64,000 nucleotides of DNA. It comes from Raja brachyura. Lineage: Eukaryota. Made by a program: the position numbers and the translations under genes. Location of the stretch: NCBI GenBank assembly GCA_963514005.1, contig OY740827.1, positions 3,596,001 through 3,660,000 on the forward strand. The letters run 5' to 3'. This document shows positions 36,461-48,726 of the stretch, piece by piece. Numbering within the stretch: position 1 is the first letter of the stretch; the number at the start of each line of letters is the position of its first letter. Under the pieces are notes generated by a model. It saw nothing but the letters and a program-made list of their open reading frames with translations. It did not search any database and was not told the origin of the DNA.

Positions 36461-38731
36461 CTGATTGGTAGCAAAATCACCTAGTGGTCATCCCCAAGAA
36501 TGACAATTGTAGTGAAAAATCATCGGGATTGTAACATCCAGTCCAACTAATCAATCTACATAATCTAATCAGTTGTATGGTCGCTGAATAAAATCATCCT
36601 GAAGTTATACATCATTTTTTAATCTAGCTCAAAACATTTTGTTTAATACTTCATTTAGATAACCCCACCATTACAGACAGATCTCATTTCATTCTCTGGC
36701 TATTGGGAAGATCAGACCCATTTTATTGTTAAAACAATTCCATAGACACAAAAAAGCATTAATGAACATTCCAAGAGTAGAGCAACTGGAATCTTCATAT
36801 TGCTATTATTTTCCAAATACCACAGATGTGAACAGTGTGATTAAATGAATTACAGAGTGCAAGTGTAATACAGAAATCAATTCAAACTCAAACACAGCAC
36901 ATGAGCCATTTAAAAAGAAAAGCTTTTTAAAAAGACAATAAAAAAGACAATTAACAGAATCATAATTTGTTAACATATTAATCATTAACAAAAAAGGCCC
37001 ACGTTCCTCTCCGTTGTCTTGCGTACTACACTTCAGCCCATTGCATTTAGCAGGAGTGGCCTATCTTGCTCCGCTATAGGATCTTTGCTTTATTGTATTT
37101 AGAGACAAAAATGTCCAGGACCACATGGGGGCGCTGTCCCTCATTGTCAGAGCGCATGTGTGAAGATGCTGGCGATCTGTGGCTGAGTGGGTTTGCTGAC
37201 GACACCAAGGTTGAAGGAGTTGCAGACAATGAAGAAGTTGTCGGAAGATAATGCGGGATGAAGATTAGATGCAAAAAGGGGCGGAGAAATGGCAGACGGA
37301 GTTTAATCCGAGCAAGGGTTCGGTGTTGCACGTTGGGAGGTTGAAGGCACAAGGAGAGGGTGTAGAGTTAATGGCAAGTCCATTAACAGCATTGATTTTT
37401 TTAAGCGTGGAAACAGGCCCTTCGGCCCACCCAATCCTGACCGACCATCCATCACTCGTTCACACTCTAGTTCTAGGATAAGTTTGGAGATACAGCGCAG
37501 AATAAAGCCCTGTGGCCCACCGTGTCCACACCGACAAGCGATCCCCGCACTATCCCACACTCGCTGGGGACAATTTACAGGGAATGTTAATCCTGGTTAA
37601 ATTGGACCAGTCAGGGCTTCTAAAATGGGGCTAAATTACAGGGCTTGTTGAGAGATTTGGTCAGATTGGGAATGATCTCTGCAGAGCTGGGACAGGCTGC
37701 GAGAGGTGCCAGAGAGTCTGGAGCTTGATACAATTCATATGCAAAAGGGTTGGGAACCTGCAAGCCTTGTCAATCTGATACCAAATGCATAGAATGGATT
37801 GGGTGGTTGCAAACTAGATATACATTTGTAAATAATTTATATATAATATTGCAGACTCTGACTCAGCTGGATGTTTATTGGATGAAGTGTTAAGCCTTGT
37901 CTGGAAACCCTGTAAATTAGGGGACATGTTCCAATAATTGACTTCACCCTGGAGTCCGTTAGGAATACAATGTGTTGAGCTGTTGTATTATTGGGTCAGG
38001 GAGATGTCTGTTATGTATTGGGTTAATCGATATCTGTTATTGGGCAAGTGTCAGACAACCCCCTGTGTGGGTCGGCCCTCAGGTTCGTGGCGCATATAAA
38101 AGACGGTGATCGCGAGCAAAGATCCTATAGCGAGCAAGATAGTCCACTCGACCAAAAAGACGTAGTACGGTCATGGGCAGATTCATGGGTAATCTTGTGG
38201 TTGGATGATTCAGTTGCCTGATAACAGCTGGGAAGAAACTGTCCCTGAATCTGGAGGTGTGCGTTCGTTTTCACACTTCTGTACCTCTTACTCAATGGGA
38301 GAGGGGAGAAGAGGGAGTGGCCGGGGATGAGACTGGTCCTTGATGATGCTGCTGGCCTTGCCGAGGCAGCGTGAGATGTAGATGGAGTCAATGGGAGGGA
38401 GATTGATTATAGAGAGTAAGGAAAGAGAGAGGTGGGCAAAGAGAAACGTCAGAGAAAGTGGGCAGAGTGGAGGGTGCGCACAGAGAGGGGTTGAGCAGAG
38501 GGTCATTAACAGGGCTTGACCTCGCTGTAGAGATCCCGGTCAGGGTGTGGAAGGCATAGGATAAGGTTCTAGCCGTGGGGAAGTGGGGCTGGGACAGGGT
38601 CGGTGATGTTTAGTACGTGGAACAGGACAAAGCGGGGAAGTGGGGTCCGAGGATGTTTCTACTCGTGGGAGAGTCTGGGACCAGGGCCACAGCCTCAGCA
38701 TTATAGGACGTTCCTTCAGGAAGATGATGAG

Positions 38732-39405
38732 GCTGTTCCCGGCTGGGCTGAAGACTCAGCTTCTGTCGGTGGCTCCTCTGGACCTATCCGCGGCCTACAC
38801 GGTACTAGGCCCTCACCCGACGCCTGTGGCTGCTACTGGGGCTGGCTGTGGGCTACACGGACCTCTTTCGTCGGTGGCTCCTCCGGACCTGTCCGTGGCC
38901 TACATGGTACTAGGCACCCACCTGACGACTGTGGCTGCTACTGGGGCTGGCCGTGGGCTGCACAGTCCTGGAAAACGTTCCAGGTAAGCTGACACCGTCG
39001 CTCCTAGCTTCCAGCTGTGCTTGGTGACCCTTACTGCCCCGCTTGTTTTCCCTGCGCCCTTCCCTGAGCTATTGCTGCCCGTTCCTACCTTTTTTTTCTT
39101 TTTGGCGCCAATTCAAAACCATTTGGTGCCAAATCTTTTACCTTGGTTTCCAAATACTACTACTATTTTTAAACTTGTTTTCGTTTTTCTTAGCTGTCCT
39201 TGTTCTTATCTTCGTGCTTATATCCTCGTTGCCAATTGTTGTGTATTTGGGTGCTTGGAACAAACTTAAATAAGGCTCGGACACGGGAGTAATCTATCAA
39301 GCTACTTTATTCCAGGACGCCACCTTGAGTCTCCCCCGCACATGCGTACTTGCACAAGACATCACAAGACACTAATTACATATGCTAATGATCACATATC
39401 TAACA
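38732..39405 (-). mobile_element. Gypsy-type LTR retrotransposon 5' fragment: 169-bp LTR (39237-39405), PBS and leader
   Basis: TGTT...AACA LTR with AATAAA, then AT and TGGCAACGAGGAT (1 mismatch to a tRNA-Ser(GCU)-type PBS TGGCGACGAGGAT). It splits a CR1 3' fragment (gatgagg | atttctt). Confidence 0.7.
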
Positions 39406-40919
39406 ATTTCTTTCACCAGAGGGTGGTGAATCTGCGGGATTCATTGCCACAGATGGCTGTGGAGGCCGTGTCAGTGGATTTTTTTTAAGGCAGGGATAGA
39501 TAGATTGTTGATTAGTGCGGGTGTCAGGGGTTATGGGGAGAGGCAGGAGAATGTGGTTAGGAGAGAGAGAGAGAACAGCCATGATTGAATGGTGGAGTAG
39601 ACTAGATGGGCCGAATGGGCTAATTCCCATCACCTATGAACATGGTGGGGCCAGTCTCAGTGGGAAAAGTGGGGTGTGACGTATGGATTAAATGTGCTGG
39701 GGGGGGGGGGGGGTGGTCAATATCCTGGGGCAGAGATGTTGACGGGGGGGTGGGGACGGTGATTTGGGAGGCAAGGCTTCAGTGGGCAGGAGTGGTGGGG
39801 GGGGGGTTGTTGCCCGACACTAGGATGGGGGAGAGCTTAGTCGTTAGTTTATTGTCCCATGTGGGGGAGGTGGTTGGATCCATGGGGAGAGAGTGGGGAG
39901 GAGATTGGGTCTATAGGCAGTGTGGGAAGTGGGAGAGAGTCTTGCTCCATGGTGAGTGTGGTGGGAGGGAATGGGGAGGAGATGGGTCAATTGGGAGTGT
40001 GGACAGTGGGAGTGAATGGGATTAGGAGCGGCACTGAGATTGCTCCCAGATGATGGGAACAATCTTCCAGAAGTGGTGGCGCTGCCCTGCAGTTGCGTCT
40101 CGCCTGCAGTCCATTTGTCTTTTCTTTTTTTTTAATTTGTCCTGTTATTTCAGTTTATTTTAGTTGTGTATGTGTTGGGAGGGTGGGAGAAACTTGCTTT
40201 TAGGCTCTTCCTTCCGGGGGGATGTGACCTGTTCTTGTGGTATCCCCCGTCTCCATCCCCATCTGCGCTGAAGCCTAATGGCGGAGCTGGCGGCCTCCAA
40301 CTGGGACCGACCTCGAGGCTCCGGAGGCAGAGCCAGGACTAACCAACGCAAGGCCGGCCAACTTTGGGGCTGTGGTGGTGTTACGGCTTCGGCAGCGGCC
40401 CGTTCGCGGAGCTCGGATTCAGCCGCGGGACTTGTTTACCATCACCCGGCGCGGTCACAACATCAGAGGCCTGGATCGCCTCAACGCAGAGGGAGAACAA
40501 GGAGGGAAGAGACATGGACTTTAAGACTTTTGCCTTCCATCACAGTGAGGAGGTGCCTGGAAGACTCACTGTGGTGGATGTTAAATCTGTGTTTATTGTG
40601 TGTTTTGTTATTTTATTCTATGCTAGGACTGTAAGGCACAAAATTTCATTCAGACTGAAAAGTCTGGATGACAATAAAGAATACTTTGACTTTACTTATT
40701 TGTTTTTGCTGATGTGGATGAGGAAAAATATCAAGTCCAGGATATTTGGGCAATCTATTCAAACACGGTGGTAGCGGTGGGGGGGGGGGGGGGGGGGGTA
40801 TGTGTTGGAGAGGGCCCTGATTTCAGGCTGACGAAGTGTGTACCTCCCCTCTCTCTCTCTCGTTCTCGTGAGTAAATGGCAGTGAAGACATTCGGACAGC
40901 TTCCAGATCATCTCACACC

Positions 40920-41038
40920 TCATTTGTTGCGACAACGCGCTGCCCAGAAGATTGCGGTGATGATGACGGAGGCAACAAGGATGACGGCAAGAACGATCAT
41001 GGCCGCGACGCATTTCCAAGTCCTTTCCGAGCCATGTA
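40920..41038 (-). CDS. Siglec-like gene B, transmembrane/terminal coding exon
   Basis: ctctctccacccctcag|TA phase 1; (L)HGSERTWKCVAAMIVLAVILVASVIITAIFWAARCRNK*, a ~25-aa hydrophobic helix with basic stop-transfer residues, then TGA (40920-40922). Confidence 0.82.
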
Positions 41039-42939
41039 CTGAGGGGTGGAGAGAGGAGTCAGTGAGAGCCCAGCTCTGAGAAACAGTCACCACAACTTAT
41101 CCTCAGCTCCAGCCCAGACCGAGCAGCGAAAGAGATTCTCCAGCACGTATCACTGCATTGGATTACACTGGAATTACAGAACGGAAACAGGCCATTCGAC
41201 CCATCTTGTCCTGCTGACCCTACTTTCCTCATCTATCAGAATGTCCTACCTCCCTCTAAATCTACTTCTACTGAGGCCTCAACCCGCCCCGAGGGCAGAG
41301 AGGTCCACCACTCACCTCTCTCTGAGCAAAGCCATGTCCCTCTGAGGTCCCAACAGCTGTTCACTGATGATGGCCTCAACTTCTGCTCTTCCCCACATCC
41401 ATTCCATCTTCACCCTTCATCGTTTCAGTCGTGGAGTGGTACAGCACGGAAGAGGCCCTTTGGCCCAACCCGTCCATGCCAACCAAGACGTCCCATCTAG
41501 GTCCCATTTGCCCGTATTTGGCCCATATCTCTCTGAACCTCTCCTATCCATGTATCTGTCCAAATGTTGTTATTGTACCAACTTCAACTACATCCTCTGG
41601 CAGTTCGTTCCCAGATACCAACCACACTTTGTGTGAAAAAAGTTGCCCCTCAGATTCCTATTAAATCATTCCCCTCTGCCTTCTAGTTCTCGATTACCAA
41701 ATCCTTTAAAAAAAACGACTGTGCATTCACGCTATCTATTCCTCTCATGATTATATTCACCACTATAAGATCACCCACCCCTCAGCCTCCTGTGCTCAGG
41801 AATAAAGTTTGTGCCTGCCCAACCTCTCCCTATTGCTCAATCCCTCAGGTCCTAGTAGCATCATTGAAAATCTTCTCTGCACTTTTTCCAACTTAATAGT
41901 ATGTTTTCTGTAGCAGGGTGACCAAAACTGATCTGTCAAAACGCAAATTGGAGGAACAGCATCTCATATTTCACTTGGGCAGCTTACAACCCAGTGGCAT
42001 GAATATTGATGTCTCTAACTTTAAATAGCCCCGGCATTCCCTCTTGATCTATCCCTCCTCCACCCAAGTTGCACCAGCTTCTCGTTTTCACCCAACAAAC
42101 AGCTTGTTTCCTCTATCCTCGTTACTTTTTGCATATCTTTCATTCATTGTTCCTTTTCTCTCTATGTCATCTTCTATATCTCTCATTTCCCATTCTCCTG
42201 ACTTTCAGACTGAAGGAGGGTCTTGACCCAAAACGTCGCCCATTCCTTTTCTCCAGAGATGCTGCCTGTCCCACTGAGTTACACCAGCTTTTTGTGTCTA
42301 TCTACAATACACCAAGTGCGGCCTCACCAATGTACAGCGACAGCCTCTCCCTCCCCCCCCCCCCCTCAGTTGTTGGTCCCAGAACAGCTCATATCTTCAC
42401 CAACCGCCATCTTTCCTTGCTCCCCTCTCCCCCTTCACCCGGCTTAACCCCCAGCACATCAATGCAGACGGCAATGGCTCTGTTGTAAATGGTGTCTTCA
42501 AGGAGGTGGCGATGGAAGACAGAGAGACTCCCATTTCATCAGCACCTTTCACCATCCCTTCTCCCAACTAACAATTATCTATTCTACATTTTCCTTAATC
42601 TCCATTCCCTTTGTCCTATTTTCATATCTCACACTTCCTTATCTATGTATTTCCCTCTCCCCTGACATCAATTAGAAGGATCTCGACCTGAAAACGTCAC
42701 CCATTCCTTCTCTCCAGAGATGCTGCCAGACCTGCTGAGTTACTCCAGCATTTACACCTTCAGTTTAAACAAACATCGGCAGTTTCTTCCTACACTTTTA
42801 ACCCTAGTTCATTGGAGAACATTCAACACTACTCTCCTTTGGGCTGAGCTTTTTCTGTCCCAGTTCAACTATTATCCCAGCCATCATTGTTCTGCACAGC
42901 TCCCTGTCCCCAGACCATTCCATTATAAGACCATAAGTG

Positions 42940-44090
42940 ATAGGAGTAGAATTAGTCCATTCGGCCAATAAAGTCTACTCCACCATTCAATTATGGCTGA
43001 TCTATCTCTCCCTCCGAACCCCATTCTCCTGGCTTCTCCCCATAACCCCTGACACCTGCACTAACCAAGAATCCATCTACTGTATCTCTGCCTTAAATAT
43101 GTCCACTGACTTAGGACATCTGTGGCAAATAATTCCACAGATTCACCACACTCTGACTAAAGAAATTCCTCCTCATCCTCCTTCCTAAAAAATGTCCGTT
43201 AATTCCGAGGCTATGACCTCTAGTTCAAGACACTCCTACTAGTGGAAACATCCTCTCCACATCTACTCGATCCAATCTTTTCACGATTCTATACGTTTCA
43301 ATGAAGTCCCCCCCCCCCTCATTCTTCTAAACTCCAGCAAGTACAGGCCCAGTGCCATCCAACGCTCAGCATATGTTAACCCACTCATCCCTGGGATCAT
43401 TCTCGTAAACCTCCTCTGGACCCCCTCCAGAGCCAGCACATCCTTCCTCTGATATGGGGCCCAAAATTGCTCATACAATGATCAAATTACAAAATTCCAG
43501 CTTCTCACTTTTACCGTAACATGGAACTACCGCACAGGAACAGGCCTTTCTGCCCACAATGCCCGTGCTGAACATGATGCCAATATAAACTAATCTCTTC
43601 TGCCTGCACATGCTCCACATCCCTCCATTCCCTGTATATCCATGTGTCTATCTCAAAGCCTCTTAAACATAGAAACATAGAAAATAGGTGCAGGAATAGG
43701 CCATTTGGCCCTACGAGCCAGCACCACCATTCAATATGATCAGTGTGATCATCCAAAATCACTTCCCAGTTCCTGCTTTTTCCCCATATCTCTTGATTCT
43801 GTTAGCCTTAAGACCTGTATCTAACTTTCTCTTGAAAACATCCAGTGAATTGGTATCCATTGCCTTTTGTGGCAGAGGATTCCATAGATTCACAACTCTC
43901 TGGGTGAAAAAGTTTTTCCTCATCTCAGTCCTAAATGGCCTACACTTAATTCTTAAACTGTGACCCCTGGTTCTGGACTCCCCCAACATCGGGATCATTT
44001 TTCCTGCATCTAGCCTGTCCAATTTTACATGTTTCTATGTGATGCCCGCTCATCCTTCTAAATCCGGTGAATATAAGCCCAGTCGATCCA
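42940..44090 (-). mobile_element. CR1 3' fragments
   Basis: EQFWAPY.RKDVLALEGVQRRFTR and DRLDAGK..GESRTRGHSL peptides plus 3' UTRs. Confidence 0.8.
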
Positions 44091-44811
44091 TTCCTAAACG
44101 CAAACTATTGGATCTGCATTAGCCACCACTATGCGTTCGAGACACCCTCCACTTTTGAAACTTTCTCCATCTGGTCTTAAAGTCACACCCACTAATCATT
44201 GACACATCCACCCTGACTGTCTCCATTATTTCTGCCTCTCATAATTTTATATACTTCTATCCATTCTTCCCGAAACACCTGTCTCAGCGGAAAAAACAAT
44301 CCAAGTTTGTCCAGCCTCTCCTTTATGCTAAGACTCTCTAATCCGTGCTGCATTCTGATAGAAGCCTTCACAGCCTCCGCATCCTTCCAGTAATTATGTC
44401 ATCAGGACCGCACCCAATACTTCAAATAACCTTGTCTAGTATTGAACATTCATTTCTCTAGCTGCATGTAACCCTTGCTTTCCCGTCTCTCTCCATCCCC
44501 TCCCACCTTCCCAGTTCTCCGACCAGTCTGACTGTCCTTGAATACATTTTATCTCTTTGCTTTATTGTCACCTTCTCCTAGCTAACAATGATCTATTCCA
44601 CATTTTCCTTGATCTCCATCCCCTTGTCTCCTTTTCACACCTTGTATTCCCCTCTCCCAAACTCAATTTGCAGAAGGGTCTCGATTCAATAGGTCACCCA
44701 TTCCTTCTATCCAGAGATGCTGCCTGTCACATGAGTTACTCCAGCACTTTGTGTCTAACCTTACCTAATCTTCTTCATCTTACAAGAGGAGAGTGTGGGA
44801 GAGAGGGTGTG

Positions 44812-44886
<75 letters not shown>

Positions 44887-47800
44887 ATGTTATTTTGTGT
44901 GTGTGAGTGTGCGTGTGAATGTGTGTGAGTGTGCGTGTGAATGTGTGTGTGTGCTTGTTAATTTGTGTGTGCGTGTTAATGTGTGTGTAAGTGCGTGTTA
45001 ATGTGTGTGTGGATGTGTGTAAGAGTGCATGTGAATGTGTGTGTGGGTGTGCATGCTAATGTGTATGAGTGTGCGTGTTAATGCGTGTCTATGTGTGTGC
45101 GTGTTAATGTGTATAAGTGTGCGAGATAGAGTGGGAAACAGGGCCTTCGGCCCACCGAGTCCGCACCGATCACCAATCACCCGTGCACACGCTTGCTCTG
45201 TTTAGTTTAGAGAGACAGCGATGAAACAGGCCCTTCTGTCCACCCAGTCTGCACCACCACTGATCACGCATTCACATTATTTTTATCTTTAGTTTAGAGA
45301 GACAGCGATGAAACAGGCCCTTCTGTCCACCCAGTCTGCACCACCACTGATCACGCATTCACATTATTTTTATCTTTAGTTTAGAGAGACAGCGCGGAAA
45401 CAGGCCCTTCGACCCACCGTGTCCACGCCGACCATCGATCACCCGTTCACATGATTTAAACTTTAGTTTCGAGATACAGCATGGAAAAAGGACATGCAGC
45501 CCACCGTGCCCACCGACCATCGATCACCCGTTCACACAATAGTTATTTGTTTAGTTAGAGAGACAGCGCGGAAACAGGACATTCGGCCCACCGTGCCCAC
45601 CGACCATCGATCACCCGTTCACACAATAGTTATTTGTTTAGTTAGAGAGACAGCGCGGAAACAGGACATTCGGCCCACCGTGTCCACGCCGACCATCGAT
45701 CACCCGTTCACACGATTTCTATGTTGTTTAGAAAGACAGCGCGGTAAAAGGACCTGCGGCCCACCAAGTCCACGTTGACCACGATCACCCCTCACATCAG
45801 CACCCCTACACACACTGGGGACAATTTACAATTATACAAAGCCTATTAACCAACAAGCCTGTACGTCTTTGGATTGTTGGAGGAAATGAGAATGAGAGGA
45901 CATGGGTTTAAGGTGAGGGGGGAATATTTAATAGGGACCTGAGGGGTAATTTTTTCACACAAGGGATGTGGGTGTATGGAACGAGTTGCCAGAGGAGGTA
46001 GCTAAGCCAGGTACTATCGCAACGTTTCTGAAACATTTAGACAGGTGCATGGATAGGACAGGGGTGTAGGGGTTTAGAGAGATATGGAAGATAGACACAA
46101 AATGCTGGAGTAACTCAGCGGAACAGGCAGCCTCTCTGGAGAGAACAAATGGGTGACATTTTGGATAGGGGCCAAACAAAGGCAGGTGAGACTAGTGTAG
46201 ATGGGACATGTTGGCAGGTTTGGGCTAGTTGGGCCGAAGGGCCTGCTTCCATGCTGTAAGACTCTATGACTCTGAGTTCCTCCAGCACTTTGTGTTTTGT
46301 ACGTGTATCCAAAGCAGTGTCTCATCAGTGAAGGACAGATGAGCTTGCCAGCGGACCATTGATTTGATTAGTGTAGGAAGGAACTGCAGCTCCTGGAGGG
46401 ATATGGATCACGTGCAGGCAGAGGCCTGGATAGAGTGGTTGTGCAGAGGATGTTTCCACCAGTGGGAGAGTCTAGGACCAGTTGTCACAGTCTTGGAATT
46501 AAAGGATGTTTCTTTAGGAAGAGGATAACTTTTTTTCATCAACAGCAAAGCGACATCGAGACGCAGTCAGCAGCAGAATGCAACAAGAGACGCAACAAGA
46601 AAGAACTGAATTGAATAAATCTCATCTTTAACGTTCAAATTGTTGTTGTATTTTAAGAGTTATTCACATTTTAAGCATTAATATATTCATTTTCCACTTG
46701 CCATGCCCGTCAGCTGTGTCTGTGCAGTAATACCTGTGTACTCTATGTCACAATGGGAACCCATTGGGCGGGAATAGTTGTGCCGCCGAAGAGCAGCTAA
46801 GAATGGATGGGAGGGTGGAGTGAGTGCATAGGGAGGGTGGGTGTGGGGGTGGAAGCGCAAGGGATGGAGTGGGGGGGGGGATGAGGGGGTATCAGGAGGG
46901 TCAGAACAGGAACCCATCAGCCGTGCCTGCGTAGTTGGGGGCTATGGGTAAGTGGTGGAATATTGCGTTGGGGACCAGGCCTCCCGTGTCAGAAAGGGAC
47001 CCAATGGGTCCCACCTAGTCTAGTCGTTTTATATATTTATATCAGGTCTCTCCTCAGCCTTTGAACTGGGTGATAAATCTGTGGAATTCATTGCCACAGA
47101 TCACAGTGGAGGCCAAGTCAGTGGATATATTTAAGGCAGAGATAGATAGATTTTTGATTAGTACGGGTGTCAGAGGTTATGGGGAGAAGGCAGGAGCATG
47201 GGGTTAGGAGGGAGAGATAAATCATCCATGATTGAATGGGCCGAATGGCCTAATTCTGACTTGATGGGCCGAATGGCCTAATTCTGCTCCTGTCACCTAT
47301 GACCTTATGAACTCCATGGAAAACAATCCAAATCTTTCCAACCTCTTCTTTAGTTTCAATTAGTTTAGAGATACAGCGCGGAAATGGGCACTTCGGCCCA
47401 CCTTGTCCACTCCGACCAGTGATCCCCGCACACGAACACTATCCCACACACACGAGGGACAATTTGCAAATATAACAAGTCAATTCACCTACAAACCTGT
47501 ACGATTTGAGTGTGGCAGGAAACCGGAGCACCTGGAGAAAACCCACGCAGGTCATGAGGTGAATTTACAAACTCCCGACAGACAAGCACCCGTAGTCAGG
47601 ATCGAACCCGGCTCTCTGGTGCTGTGAGGCAGAACTCTACCGTTGAACCACTGTGCCCCCCTTAAAACTCCTTATTGCTAATACTCTCTAATCCAGGCAG
47701 CATTCTGCACCCTGGCCACATCCTTCCCGTAATGTGGTGGCCAGAACTGCACACAATGCTTCAAATAACTTTATTTAATCTTCCACATCTTAGAAGTGGA

Positions 47801-48444
47801 GAGATGAAATATAGGAAAGATGTTGTCAAGCAGGAAAGGGGACAGAGAAGTTTTACGAGGATGTGGCCAGAACTCGAGGCCCTGAGCTTTAGGGAGAGGT
47901 TGAGCAGGCTGGGACTCTATTCCTTGGAGCGCTGGAGGATGAGGGGTGATCTTACAGAGGTGTATCAAATCATGAGAGGAATAGATCGGGTAGTCGCACC
48001 GAGTGTCTTGCACGGAGTAGGTGAATCGAGAACCAGAGGACTTTAGTTCAAGGTGAAGGGTAAAAGATTAAATAGGAATCTAGGGGGTGACTTTTTCATA
48101 CAAAGGGTAGTTGTTGTTTGGAACGAGCTGCCAGAGGAGCTAGTTGAGGCAGCGTTTAAGAAACAGACAGGTACATGGATAGGACAGGTTTGGAGGGATA
48201 AGGGCCAAAACGTGGGCAGGTGGGACTAATGTAGCTGGGACATGTAGACCTTTGAAAGCAAGTTGAGCCAAAGTGCCTGTTTCCACGTTACATAACTCTA
48301 AGACTCTATGGCTGACTCTATGGCTCAATGAGAAGGCAGGAGAATGGGGTTAGGAGGGAAAAATAGATCAGCCATGACCTTATGACTCCTATCACTTATG
48401 ACCTTATGACAATTTGAGGGACATGACAGTGTGTGTCTACTCAC

Positions 48445-48726
48445 ATTCGACAGTGAGGGTCACATCCCTCTCTGCTGTCCCGTGTTCATTCTCCGCCACA
48501 CACTGATAGACCCCAGCATCCTGCCGTGTCAGCTGAGGGAACTCCATCCACAGCTCGTTGCTGGAATGTGTTGTGTTCAGCGTGACACCGAGATGTCTCC
48601 ATGTCAGGTTACATGCTGGGAAACTCTGGACGGAGCAGAGGATCGCTGCAGAGTTTCCTTCCTTTACACTGACCCGGGAACTGTTCGCGCCATTGTGGGA
48701 AGTGATTGAGAGATTCCGCGGAGCAT
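48445..48726 (-). CDS. Siglec-like gene B, Ig domain 4 exon
   Basis: 282 nt, AG/GT intact, open; 3 aa differences from the gene A exon. Confidence 0.88.

Noticed and set aside
19060-48445. Single gene with eight Ig domains spanning both units
   Set aside because: Each unit has its own ATG/signal-peptide exon, and a TM exon with a stop lies between them.
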